Counted from the first letter of the stretch, positions 1-8,523 are shown. The stretch: 64,000 nt of DNA from an uncultured Solirubrobacterales bacterium (GCA_963749285.1 CAVVMD010000002.1:1025275-1089274); one strand, 5' to 3'. A program made the numbers and translations. Notes: a model not told the origin generated them from the letters alone.

Positions 1-2
1 GT

Positions 3-1589
3 TACGTGGGCGAAGCGGGGGAGTACCTGGCGCGCGAGCTCACGCAGCTGGGGATTGAGGCGCAGATCGCCGGCCGGGCCAAGCACTTCTACTCGATCTA
101 CTCGAAGATGACGAAGAAGGGGCGCGAGTTCAACGAGATCTACGACCTCACCGCGATGCGCGTGATCGTCGACTCGGTCAAGGACTGCTACGGGACCGTC
201 GGCGCGATCCACTCGCTGTGGAAGCCGCTGCCCGGCCGCTTCAAGGACTTCATCGCGATGCCCAAGTTCAACATGTACCAGTCGCTGCACACGACCGTGA
301 TCGGGCCGGAGGGCCGCCCGCTCGAGATCCAGATCCGCACGCAGGAGATGCACGAGATGGCGGAGTTCGGGGTCGCGGCTCACTGGATGTACAAGCACCT
401 GCCCGGCTCCGAGCGCAGTGGGCGGGATAGCCACAGGACGGGTTCGCCCGAGGACGCAAAGCTGCAGTGGCTGCGCTCGATGCTCGACTGGCAGAAGGAG
501 CTCTCAGACCCGCAGGAGTTCATGGACACGCTGCGCACGGACCTGTTCGAGGACGAGGTGTATGTGTTCACACCGAAGGGCGAAGTCAAGTCGCTGGCGG
601 CGGGCGCGACGCCGCTGGACTTCGCCTATGAGGTTCACACCGAGATCGGCCACCGCTGCGTGGGCGCGCGTGTGAACGGCAAGATCGTGCCGCTGCACTG
701 CGAGCTGCGCAGCGGAGACATCGTGGAGATTCTCACCGCCAAGCGCGAGCGCGGACCCTCGCGCGACTGGCTGGCGATGGTCAAGACCACGCGCGCCCGC
801 AACAAGATCAAGGCGTGGTTCAAGGCGGAGTCCCGCCAGGACACCGAGCACACCGGGCGCGACCTGCTGCAGGAGCACCTGCGCAAGCAGGGCCTGCCGG
901 CGCAGAAGATCACCGGCTCGGCGCTGCTGGCGGACGTGATCCGCGAGGTCGGCTATCGCAAGGCGGACGATTTCTACATCGCCCTGGGCGCGGCGAAGGT
1001 CTCGCCGAAGGTGGTCGTCAACAAGGTGATGCAGCGCCTGAAGCAGGGCGAGGCCGCCGACGGCGACGCCACCGGAGCCGAGCTCTTGCGGGTTGGGCGC
1101 CCGCGCCGACGCCCCACGAAGTCCTCCGGGCAATATGGGATCAAGGTGGAGGGCGTCGAGGATGTGATGCTGCGCTTGGCGAAGTGCTGCCGGCCCGTGC
1201 CGGGCGATGAGATAGTCGGCTACATCTCGCTCGGGCGTGGCATCACGATCCACCGCGAGGACTGCCCCAACGCGGTGATCCTCGCGCGCGACCCGGAGCG
1301 CTTTGTGAGCGTCTCCTGGGAGGGAGAGCGCAGCACGGCGTTCATAGTCGAGATTCAGATCGACGCGTGGGATCGCCACCGCCTGCTCGAGGATCTCTCG
1401 CGAGTGTTCTCGGAGTCGGGCGCGAACATCCTGGAAGCGCGCTGCCTGTCAAGCCCGCCGATGGTCAAGAATCGGTTCGTGGTCGAGGTCGCGGACACGC
1501 ACACCTTGAAGGGTGCGATCACGCGACTGAGAAACATCGAGTCGGTCTTCGACGCCTACCGGGTCACTCCGGGCGGCGCCGTAGCGTAG
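3..1589 (+). CDS. rel: (p)ppGpp synthetase/hydrolase Rel (RelA/SpoT family), 5' part outside window
   Basis: Synthetase motifs GRAKHFYSIYSKM, PKFNMYQSLHT and EIQIRT; TGS domain (FAYEVHTEIGH); CC-containing ZFD (LAKCC..PGDEIVGY); C-terminal ACT; TAG at 1587-1589. Confidence 0.97.
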   Translation, partial: YVGEAGEYLARELTQLGIEAQIAGRAKHFYSIYSKMTKKGREFNEIYDLTAMRVIVDSVKDCYGTVGAIHSLWKPLPGRFKDFIAMPKFNMYQSLHTTVIGPEGRPLEIQIRTQEMHEMAEFGVAAHWMYKHLPGSERSGRDSHRTGSPEDAKLQWLRSMLDWQKELSDPQEFMDTLRTDLFEDEVYVFTPKGEVKSLAAGATPLDFAYEVHTEIGHRCVGARVNGKIVPLHCELRSGDIVEILTAKRERGPSRDWLAMVKTTRARNKIKAWFKAESRQDTEHTGRDLLQEHLRKQGLPAQKITGSALLADVIREVGYRKADDFYIALGAAKVSPKVVVNKVMQRLKQGEAADGDATGAELLRVGRPRRRPTKSSGQYGIKVEGVEDVMLRLAKCCRPVPGDEIVGYISLGRGITIHREDCPNAVILARDPERFVSVSWEGERSTAFIVEIQIDAWDRHRLLEDLSRVFSESGANILEARCLSSPPMVKNRFVVEVADTHTLKGAITRLRNIESVFDAYRVTPGGAVA

Positions 1590-1609
1590 GAAGCGGGTGC
1601 GGTGGGGGC

Positions 1610-1727
1610 CGGACGGCGCATGCGCCGTCCGCGAAGCCGCACATGTGCGGCTTCGGGCGGGGCGCGCATGCGCGCCCCGCGCAGGGCCGCATGCGGCCCT
1701 GCTGGTCATGCCGTATACGGCATGACC
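1610..1727. repeat. Array of five adjacent perfect loopless palindromes (22-24 bp each)
   Basis: CGGACGGCGCA|TGCGCCGTCCG 1610-1631; CGAAGCCGCACA|TGTGCGGCTTCG 1632-1655; GCGGGGCGCGCA|TGCGCGCCCCGC 1657-1680; GCAGGGCCGCA|TGCGGCCCTGC 1681-1702; GGTCATGCCGTA|TACGGCATGACC 1704-1727. Confidence 0.97.
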
Positions 1728-1771
1728 CTCCAAAAGCGTCACCCAACGGCAGGGTTGCTCTCGGCGAGCTC

Positions 1772-2776
1772 TTATGCGAGCACGTTGAGCGCGCCCGGCA
1801 GGATCGAGTAGCGCGCTTGCGAGGTCTCGCCGAGATAGTCGCCGTCGACCTGCAGCGGCAGCGGGCGCTCGTCGGTGGAGCTCACGGTCAGCTCGGTGAA
1901 CCCCGGCAGGCCCGTGACCTGGCGGTGGCGGCTGACCCGCGCGCCGCGCGCGAATGCGCGCAGGCCGATCGTGGGCATCGACAGGGGTGTGGCGCGACGG
2001 AGCACGCAGCCACACAGCTCGCCTGAGTCGAGCGTGGTGCCGTCGGCGATCTCGATCGGGCGGTTCTGGAAGTAGGTGAACGGCGAGCCGTTCTGGACGA
2101 TCGCGGTGACGCCTGTGTGACTGTCCTCACCCGCGAGCACCACCTCCATGCGCGGGGGATTGACGAGGTAGCGGCGGGCGAACGTGCGCAGGGCCACCCA
2201 GGTGAAGTAGTACGCGCCCAGACGCGCCTTCAGGCGCGGGTTGGCGTCGACCCGCTCGACGACGCTCGCGTCAACGCCGAGGCCGGATGCGAACGTGAAG
2301 CAGCGGCGATCGGCGAGGATGTCCTGCGCGCCATCGGCGCTGACGACGCCGAGGTCCACGCGGCGGGGGCGCCAGTCATCGGCGAGCGCGAGCAGGTGCT
2401 CGGTGGCGTCGACGAGCTCACCGGGGATGCCGAGCATCTTGGCGAACACGTTCGCCGAGCCGCCGGGGAGGCAGGTCAGCGGCGTGGGGGAGCCGAGCAG
2501 CCCATTGGCGGCTTCGTTGACGGTGCCGTCGCCGCCGAAGGCGACCACCACGTCATAGCCCTCGTGCGCCGCCTCGCGGCACAGCTCGGTCGCATGGCCG
2601 CGAGCCTCGGTATCGACCGCATCGACCTCGAACCGGCCCTGCAGCGCATACACGACGAGATGGCGCAGACGGTCGGAGACAGTGGTTGCGTACGGGTTGA
2701 CGATGATCAGCATGCGCCGCTTGACCGCGGGGGCCTCGGGCTCGAAGTCGTCGGCCACGTCGGCCGGCTCAGTCAT
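1772..2776 (-). CDS. Diacylglycerol kinase-family lipid kinase (DAGKc)
   Basis: IIVNP, AFGGDGTVNE, LPGGSANVFA and QVDGD motifs; start placed at ATG 2776. Confidence 0.9.
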   Translation of the reverse strand: MTEPADVADDFEPEAPAVKRRMLIIVNPYATTVSDRLRHLVVYALQGRFEVDAVDTEARGHATELCREAAHEGYDVVVAFGGDGTVNEAANGLLGSPTPLTCLPGGSANVFAKMLGIPGELVDATEHLLALADDWRPRRVDLGVVSADGAQDILADRRCFTFASGLGVDASVVERVDANPRLKARLGAYYFTWVALRTFARRYLVNPPRMEVVLAGEDSHTGVTAIVQNGSPFTYFQNRPIEIADGTTLDSGELCGCVLRRATPLSMPTIGLRAFARGARVSRHRQVTGLPGFTELTVSSTDERPLPLQVDGDYLGETSQARYSILPGALNVLA

Positions 2777-2889
2777 GTGCGCGGCGTGCGTGCTGAGAGA
2801 GGGGGAGGCGCTCATCTGAAGCGCCCTACACCGAGCCCGCCCGGGCGTTACCGTTGACCCGCCAGGCGCGGTCCTCGCACGGTGTGCGC

Positions 2890-2917
2890 TTGCATCCGTC
2901 CGCATGCTTGCTAAACT
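2890..2917 (+). promoter_or_regulatory. Putative sigma-A promoter upstream of the SAM riboswitch
   Basis: TTGCAT (2890-2895), 16 nt spacer, TG-extended TAAACT (2912-2917). Confidence 0.6.
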
Positions 2918-2935
2918 GCCCCGCTACATAGCAGG

Positions 2936-3024
2936 ACACATCAAGAGGGGTGGAGGGACTGGCCCGATGAAGCCCCGGCAACCACCGTCTAGCGGCGGGA
3001 AGGTGCCAATTCCAGAAGATGTGT
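2936..3024 (+). ncRNA. SAM-I (S-box) riboswitch aptamer, P4 apparently absent
   Basis: P1 ACACATC/GATGTGT; canonical core ATCAAGAG-GGGTGGAGGGACTGGCCCGATGAAGCCCC-GGCAACC...GGTGCCAATTCC; only AGAA between AATTCC and the P1 3' strand. Confidence 0.92.
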
Positions 3025-3090
3025 GGCGGGCTTCGTGCCTTTCGCCACACCGTTTGCAACTGGCGAAGGTCTTCAAAAGGAGCCCCTATC

Positions 3091-4356
3091 ATGGCTGTGA
3101 GGAATCTGCAGTGCAAGGAGTGCAAGTCCGAGTATCCGCTGGAGGCGCTGTACGTGTGCGAGCGCTGCTTCGGGCCACTGGAGGTCACCTACGACCACAG
3201 CCGCCTGGCCGGTGGCGACATCGACGAGTTGCGCCGGCGGATCCAGGCGGGACCGCAGAACATCTGGCGTTACGCCGACTTCCTGCCGCTCCCGGGCGGC
3301 CCACCCGGCCCGTCGGGCAGGCTGGCCTCACGCGTGGGCCTGCCGGCCGGGTGCACGCCGCTGATTCGCGCCGACAGGCTGGCGGCGCGGTTGGGGTTGC
3401 GCGAGGTGTGGGTCAAGAACGACGCGGCCAACCCGACCCACTCGTTCAAGGATCGCGTCGTGTCGGTGGCCGCGGCGCGCGCACGGGAGCTGGGCTTTCA
3501 GACGATCGCGTGCGCCTCGACGGGCAACCTCGCCAACTCGGTGGCGGCGCACGGGGCGGCGCTGGGGCTCGAGTCCTACGTGTTCATCCCGGCCGATCTG
3601 GAGGAGCAGAAGGTGCTCGCGACGGGTGTGTACGGGACGAAGCTGATCGCGGTGCAGGGCAACTACGACGACGTCAACCGCCTCTGCACTGAGCTGTGCG
3701 CCGAGCGCGACTGGGCATTCGTGAACGTGAACCTGCGCCCGTACTACGCGGAGGGCTCAAAGACGCTGGCGTTTGAGATCGCCGAGCAGCTCGGCTTCGA
3801 GCTGCCCGACCGCATCGTCGCGCCGATCGCTTCGGGGTCGCTGTTCACGAAGATCGGGCGTGGCTTTGAGGAGTGGCGCGATGTCGGCCTGCTGGACGGC
3901 GAGCTGCCGAAGATGAACGGCGCCCAGGCCGAGGGCTGCTCGCCCGTGGCGAGCGCATTCGCCTCCGGCCACGACGTGTGCAGGCCGGTCAAGCCGGACA
4001 CGATCGCCAAGTCGCTGGCGATCGGCAACCCCGCCGACGGCCCGTACGCGCTGGAGCTCGCCCGCACGAGTGGTGGCACGGTTGATTCCGTCAGCGACGA
4101 GGAGATCCGGCAGGGCATCGCCCTGCTCGCACAGACGACGGGTGTGTTCACCGAGACCGCCGGCGGCGTGACGACAGCGGTGCTTGCAAAGCTGGCCGCG
4201 CGCGGGGACATCGACCCCGATGAGCGCGTCGTGCTCGCGATCACCGGCGATGGTCTGAAGACGCTCGACGCCGTGCGGGACACGTTCGAGACGCACACGA
4301 TCGACCCGACCGTCGAGTCATTCGAGACGCGAGTGCCCGAGGCCGTCGCGGTCTGA
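3091..4356 (+). CDS. thrC: Threonine synthase-like PLP enzyme (fold type II) with N-terminal CxxC...CxxC
   Basis: NPTHSFKDR (PLP lysine), CASTGN, EGSKT, GSGS-like ASGSL; RBS AAGGAG at 3077-3082. Confidence 0.88.
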   Translation: MAVRNLQCKECKSEYPLEALYVCERCFGPLEVTYDHSRLAGGDIDELRRRIQAGPQNIWRYADFLPLPGGPPGPSGRLASRVGLPAGCTPLIRADRLAARLGLREVWVKNDAANPTHSFKDRVVSVAAARARELGFQTIACASTGNLANSVAAHGAALGLESYVFIPADLEEQKVLATGVYGTKLIAVQGNYDDVNRLCTELCAERDWAFVNVNLRPYYAEGSKTLAFEIAEQLGFELPDRIVAPIASGSLFTKIGRGFEEWRDVGLLDGELPKMNGAQAEGCSPVASAFASGHDVCRPVKPDTIAKSLAIGNPADGPYALELARTSGGTVDSVSDEEIRQGIALLAQTTGVFTETAGGVTTAVLAKLAARGDIDPDERVVLAITGDGLKTLDAVRDTFETHTIDPTVESFETRVPEAVAV

Positions 4357-4369
4357 TGGCGGTGACGCA

Positions 4370-4648
4370 ATGGCGGTGACGGTCAAGATTCCGACGCAGC
4401 TGCGATCCGCGGCCGGGGGCGAGGCTGAGGCCGAGGTGGATGGCGCGACCGTCCAGGATGTGCTGGATGGCCTGTATGCGCGTCACGGCGAGCTGCGCGA
4501 GCGGCTCAGCGACGAGGACGGATCGTTGCGACGCTTCGTGAACGTGTACGTGTCCGGCGAAGACATCCGCTTCTTGGACGGCTTGCAGACACCAGTTGCG
4601 GACGGCGCCGAGTTGACAATTCTGCCCGCTGTGGCGGGCGGTCGCTAG
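4370..4648 (+). CDS. MoaD/ThiS/CysO-family ubiquitin-like sulfur carrier
   Basis: VKIPTQLR, FVNVYVSGEDIRF; C-terminus PAVAGG-R. Confidence 0.92.
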   Translation: MAVTVKIPTQLRSAAGGEAEAEVDGATVQDVLDGLYARHGELRERLSDEDGSLRRFVNVYVSGEDIRFLDGLQTPVADGAELTILPAVAGGR

Positions 4649-4878
4649 CGATGAGTTGACGCAGCGTGAGTGGCGATCCCAGCGGGGTGGCTTGTGTGCG
4701 CCGTCGCCGGGGTGGAGCCGCTGAAGCCGATCGTCGAGAAGATCCCCGCTGCGGACATCACCGCGATCGTGAGCGCACGCATGCGGCGCGGGGTGAGCCA
4801 GCCGAAGTGGTGGGTCTGAAGCCACGTCCGAACTCCGGTCGCGGCCGAGGCCGCACACATCACACAACCAGCGCACAT
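4645..4878 (-). CDS. Small hypothetical membrane peptide with N-terminal MCxxCxMC
   Basis: ATG 4878; MCAGCVMC followed by WLTPRR and a hydrophobic helix; lies downstream of the ctaG-like gene on the same strand. Confidence 0.55.
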   Translation of the reverse strand: MCAGCVMCAASAATGVRTWLQTHHFGWLTPRRMRALTIAVMSAAGIFSTIGFSGSTPATAHTSHPAGIATHAASTHR

Positions 4879-4991
4879 GCGATGAGGATACCGCCCAGTC
4901 GCCCGGATGGGCGCGGTTCGGACCGGTCGCGCCGCAGGCCGGCAGCGGCGGAAGAACCAGACACGGACGACCGTCCGGCTCTCGGCGCGCG

Positions 4992-5900
4992 CTAGCCCTC
5001 GGGGGCGCCCGCGCGGGTCTCCAGGCGCCGGCGCAGCTCCGCCCCGCGTCCGGCCGCGACGGCGCGCGCGGCGCGCGCGTCGGTCAGCTCGAGGCCCTGG
5101 GCTTGGGCGAAGTCGAGCAGGTCTTGGCGCTCCTCGCTCTCGCGGGCGGTGCGCAGGAACAGCCAGCAGAACAGGCCGAGCGTGAGGATCGACTCCTCGA
5201 CCATCATGATGGCCCCGGCGATGTTCTGATCGGCGATTGGGGAGATGTGGTAAACGGCGTCGCCGTGGATGTAGTACGGGTAGAACACGGTCCCAGACCA
5301 CAGAAAGATGTTGCCGAGGATCGTGCCGGCGAGACGCACGGCGATGATGTAGATGAGCTTGCCGAGGTTGCCGAACCAGCTCGGCATCGGCAACGGGCCG
5401 AACAGGCACATCCACATGTTGATGCCGAACCCGAGGAACATCGCGTGCTCGAGCGCATGCACGCCTGAGTGACGCAGCGCCGCCTGGTAGAAGACGGGCA
5501 AGTGCCATGTGTACAGGTCGATCGCCCACAGCGGAAAGGCGATCAGCGGATTGGCGAGGACGCGCAGGCGGTCGAAGAAGCGAATGCGCAATATCGGCGC
5601 GATCAGCGGCCCGGTCAGGCCGAGCACGATCAACAGCGCCGCGATGTCGCCGAGCAGCAGGTGCTCGATCATGTGCACGAACAGCAGGTCCTGGCTGGCG
5701 CTGCCCAACGAGGTGAGCGCGACCGCGATCACGACGAAACCCGAGTAGAAGCACGCTTGGCGCCAGCCGGGCACAGGCGTGCGGCCCTCGTAGGCCAGGG
5801 TGCGCACGCGCCGGGCATAGAGCAGCCCCAGGATCGCCAGCGGCCCGAGCTGCAAGGCGGCCTGGATGTCCGTCGAGACGGCGAGGGGAAGCACGGTCAT
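4992..5900 (-). CDS. Cytochrome c oxidase assembly factor, Caa3_CtaG-like membrane protein
   Basis: Multi-TM protein with HMIEHLLLGD, WHLP and HALEH motifs. Confidence 0.85.
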   Translation of the reverse strand: MTVLPLAVSTDIQAALQLGPLAILGLLYARRVRTLAYEGRTPVPGWRQACFYSGFVVIAVALTSLGSASQDLLFVHMIEHLLLGDIAALLIVLGLTGPLIAPILRIRFFDRLRVLANPLIAFPLWAIDLYTWHLPVFYQAALRHSGVHALEHAMFLGFGINMWMCLFGPLPMPSWFGNLGKLIYIIAVRLAGTILGNIFLWSGTVFYPYYIHGDAVYHISPIADQNIAGAIMMVEESILTLGLFCWLFLRTARESEERQDLLDFAQAQGLELTDARAARAVAAGRGAELRRRLETRAGAPEG

Positions 5901-6022
5901 CTCGCTCTGGAGGGTACGGGTTTGGGGTCGATCGTTGCGCGGGAGTCGGAGGCTCGGACCGCGGATCTCGGCACGGTTTGCCCTGCGCTTGGATTGAGAT
6001 CGACCCGTAGACTGCGGCTGGC

Positions 6023-7567
6023 ATGAGAACCAGATGCGCCCGCAAGCTGCCGTTTCTGCTCGGTGGCTTGATCCTCGCGGCGCTGGCGATCCCGGCGAGC
6101 GCGCAGGCGCATGGGATCGTGGGACGAGCGAACCTGCCGATCCCCGTGTGGCTGTTCAGCTGGACGGCGGCGATCGTGCTGGTGGTGTCGTTCGTCGCGC
6201 TCTCGACCCTGTGGACGACGCCACAGCTGCAGGAGCAGCATCGGCGGGCGCTGGTGCGACTTCCCGCGGTGCTGGAATGGCTGGCCTGCCTGATCGGAGT
6301 GGGGCTGTTCGCGCTGGTCGTGTACAGCGGATTCGCCGGAGCCCAGGTGACGCAGGCGAACTTCTCGGTGACGTTCATCTACGTCATCTTCTGGGTCGGC
6401 ACGCCGCTGGCGAGCGTGCTGTTCGGGGACATCTTCCGCGCATTCAGCCCATGGCGGACGTGCGCGCGCGTGCTGACCACGCTCGTGCGTGTGGCCCGTG
6501 GTGGGAGCAAGCGCAGCGCGGGGGAGGGCGACAGGAGTGAGCGCAGCGCAGGGGAGCGTAACGGGGGCGAGCGCGGCGCAGGGAAGCACAGCGGAGAGGT
6601 GAGCAGAGGGGGAGAGGACAGCGGGCCCCCGCTGCGTTATCCCGAGTGGCTGGGGATGTGGCCGGCGGTGGCGACGATCGTCGGGTTCGCGTGGTTGGAG
6701 CTCATATACGTACCCGCCGACCGCGACCATCCGGCGACGCTGGCGGTGCTGTCGCTGGCGTACTTCCTGATCACGCTCGCCGGGATGATGCTGTTCGGGG
6801 TCGAGCAGTGGGGCGGGCGGGCCGACGGGTTCGGGGCGTACTTCAACCTGCTCTCGAGGCTGTCGGGCATCGTTCGTGACGAGGACGGAATCATCTGCCT
6901 GCGCCGCCCGCTGAGTGGGATCACCGATCTCGAGATCCGCCCGGGTACGGTCGCGCTGATCTGCGCGATCATCGGCACGACGACGTTCGACGGGTTCAGC
7001 AACGGCGGCGTCTGGCGCAATCTCGAGCCTAGCCTGCAGAGTCTGTTCGCCGATCTCGGCTTCAGCCAGACACCGGCGCTGGAGCTCGCCTACTCGGTCG
7101 GGATGCTGTTCTGCCTGGGGCTGATCGCGGGCGTGTTCCGGCTCGGCATCGTCGGGGTGCGCAGCGTCAGCACGCGCTACGACACCCGGCAGCTGACGCA
7201 CGCCTTCGCGCACACGCTCGTGCCGATCGGGTTCGCATATGTGCTCGCGCACTACTTCTCGCTGCTGATCTGGCAGGGCCAGGCGATCGGCTATCTCGCC
7301 TCGGACCCGCTCGGCAACGGGGCCAACCTGTTCGGGACCAGCAGCTCCCAGATCGACTACAACATCATCTCCTTCGCGGCGATCTGGTACGTGCAGGTCG
7401 CCGCCCTACTGACCGGCCACGTGGGCGGGCTGGCGCTGGCACACGACCGCGCACTGGCCATGTACGACAACGTCGAAGAGGCGGTCCGCTCGCAGTACTG
7501 GATGCTCGCGGTGATGGTCGCGTTCACGAGCTTCGGGCTGTGGCTGCTCTCGGCGGTGGGGACGTGA
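6023..7567 (+). CDS. Multi-pass membrane protein resembling the actinobacterial family loosely annotated 'fenitrothion hydrolase'
   Basis: Signal peptide ending ASAQA-HG; ~10 TM segments; conserved-looking AHYFS and GH...AHDRA; function unverified. Confidence 0.75.
   Translation: MRTRCARKLPFLLGGLILAALAIPASAQAHGIVGRANLPIPVWLFSWTAAIVLVVSFVALSTLWTTPQLQEQHRRALVRLPAVLEWLACLIGVGLFALVVYSGFAGAQVTQANFSVTFIYVIFWVGTPLASVLFGDIFRAFSPWRTCARVLTTLVRVARGGSKRSAGEGDRSERSAGERNGGERGAGKHSGEVSRGGEDSGPPLRYPEWLGMWPAVATIVGFAWLELIYVPADRDHPATLAVLSLAYFLITLAGMMLFGVEQWGGRADGFGAYFNLLSRLSGIVRDEDGIICLRRPLSGITDLEIRPGTVALICAIIGTTTFDGFSNGGVWRNLEPSLQSLFADLGFSQTPALELAYSVGMLFCLGLIAGVFRLGIVGVRSVSTRYDTRQLTHAFAHTLVPIGFAYVLAHYFSLLIWQGQAIGYLASDPLGNGANLFGTSSSQIDYNIISFAAIWYVQVAALLTGHVGGLALAHDRALAMYDNVEEAVRSQYWMLAVMVAFTSFGLWLLSAVGT
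6509..6598 (+). repeat. In-frame 15-nt purine-rich tandem repeat (~6 units)
   Basis: AAGCGCAGCGCGGGG / GAGGGCGACAGGAGT / GAGCGCAGCGCAGGG / GAGCGTAACGGGGGC / GAGCGCGGCGCAGGG / AAGCACAGCGGAGAG. Confidence 0.75.
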
Positions 7568-7595
7568 GCGTCCGTAGTTGGCTACGGTGATATTC

Positions 7596-8357
7596 ATGTC
7601 CCGCCGCCTGCTGCCGATCCTGCTCAGCGCAGTGGTGCTCACGCTGCCGGTCGCAGCTCATGCCGCGATCACGAGCGAGAACGGGAACCCGATCAACGAC
7701 CAGGGCAGCAACTTCAACTACCGCTCGAACATCACGGGCGTCACGCCGAACGTTCCCGGGCTCAGCCTGGAAGTCCTCGAGTTCGCCGATCGGCTGCTGT
7801 TGACTAACCACACGGGCAAGACGGTCACGATCTACGGCTACCAGGGAGAACCCTACGCGCGCGTGCTGGCGAATGGGACGGCCGAGCAGAACACGCGCTC
7901 GCCGGCGTACTACCTCAACCAGAGCTTCTACGGCGATGTCAACGTTCCCGCCTCGGCGAGTCCGAGCGCGCCGCCACACTGGATTGTGGTAGATCGCACC
8001 GGTCAGTTCGAATGGCACGACCACCGCATCCACTGGATGTCGCCGGTAACGCCCCCCCAGGTCAAGGACAAGAGCAAGCGCACGTTGGTCTTCAACTGGC
8101 AGGTGCCGATCCAGGTCGGCGCCCAGCAGGGCGCAGTCGCCGGGCAGCTGTTCTGGACGCCGGATAACTCGAAAGCACCGACGGCGGCGATTGTGCTCGG
8201 GGTGGCGATCGCCCTGCTCGGCCTGCTGTTTGTGTGGTTCGTGCGCAGGCGCCGCGCGCGGCGCGCGGCAGACCGGGACGGCGGGGCCAGCGCAGGCGGC
8301 GGGGGTGCAGCCGGGGGCGCCGGTGGGTCGAAGATGCCGGCGAAGGAAGCGTGGTGA
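7596..8357 (+). CDS. Secreted protein with C-terminal TM anchor and WHDHRIHWM motif
   Basis: Signal peptide (..AAHA); beta-rich body; TM IVLGVAIALLGLLFVWFV followed by RRRR. Confidence 0.8.
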   Translation: MSRRLLPILLSAVVLTLPVAAHAAITSENGNPINDQGSNFNYRSNITGVTPNVPGLSLEVLEFADRLLLTNHTGKTVTIYGYQGEPYARVLANGTAEQNTRSPAYYLNQSFYGDVNVPASASPSAPPHWIVVDRTGQFEWHDHRIHWMSPVTPPQVKDKSKRTLVFNWQVPIQVGAQQGAVAGQLFWTPDNSKAPTAAIVLGVAIALLGLLFVWFVRRRRARRAADRDGGASAGGGGAAGGAGGSKMPAKEAW

Positions 8358-8361
8358 GCGC

Positions 8362-8523
8362 GTGATAACTTTTCTGGAGATGGCCCCGCTTGCCTGCCTG
8401 ATGCACTGGTACATCTCGATGCTGTACGTCGTGCCGGTCGTAGCCGTCGGCGGCTGGTGCTGGTGGAGCTCAAAGCGCATGGCCCGCCGCTCCGGGCCGC
8501 CGAAATCTACGCCCGCCGCGTAG
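8362..8523 (+). CDS. Small single-TM hypothetical protein
   Basis: GTG 4 nt after the upstream stop; CLMHW then a hydrophobic helix and basic tail. Confidence 0.55.
   Translation: MITFLEMAPLACLMHWYISMLYVVPVVAVGGWCWWSSKRMARRSGPPKSTPAA

Noticed and set aside
1610-1727. CRISPR array interpretation of the palindrome array
   Set aside because: No constant repeat separated by unique spacers, and no cas genes in the window
1367-2026. ORFs crossing the palindrome array (1367-2026, 1449-2015, 1564-1746)
   Set aside because: They overlap rel or the kinase gene, have no recognisable motifs, and stay open only because the GC-rich palindromes lack stops
4645-6378. 577-aa minus-strand ORF
   Set aside because: Mostly off-frame overlap of ctaG and antisense of the membrane gene; only the last 77 codons look like a real peptide
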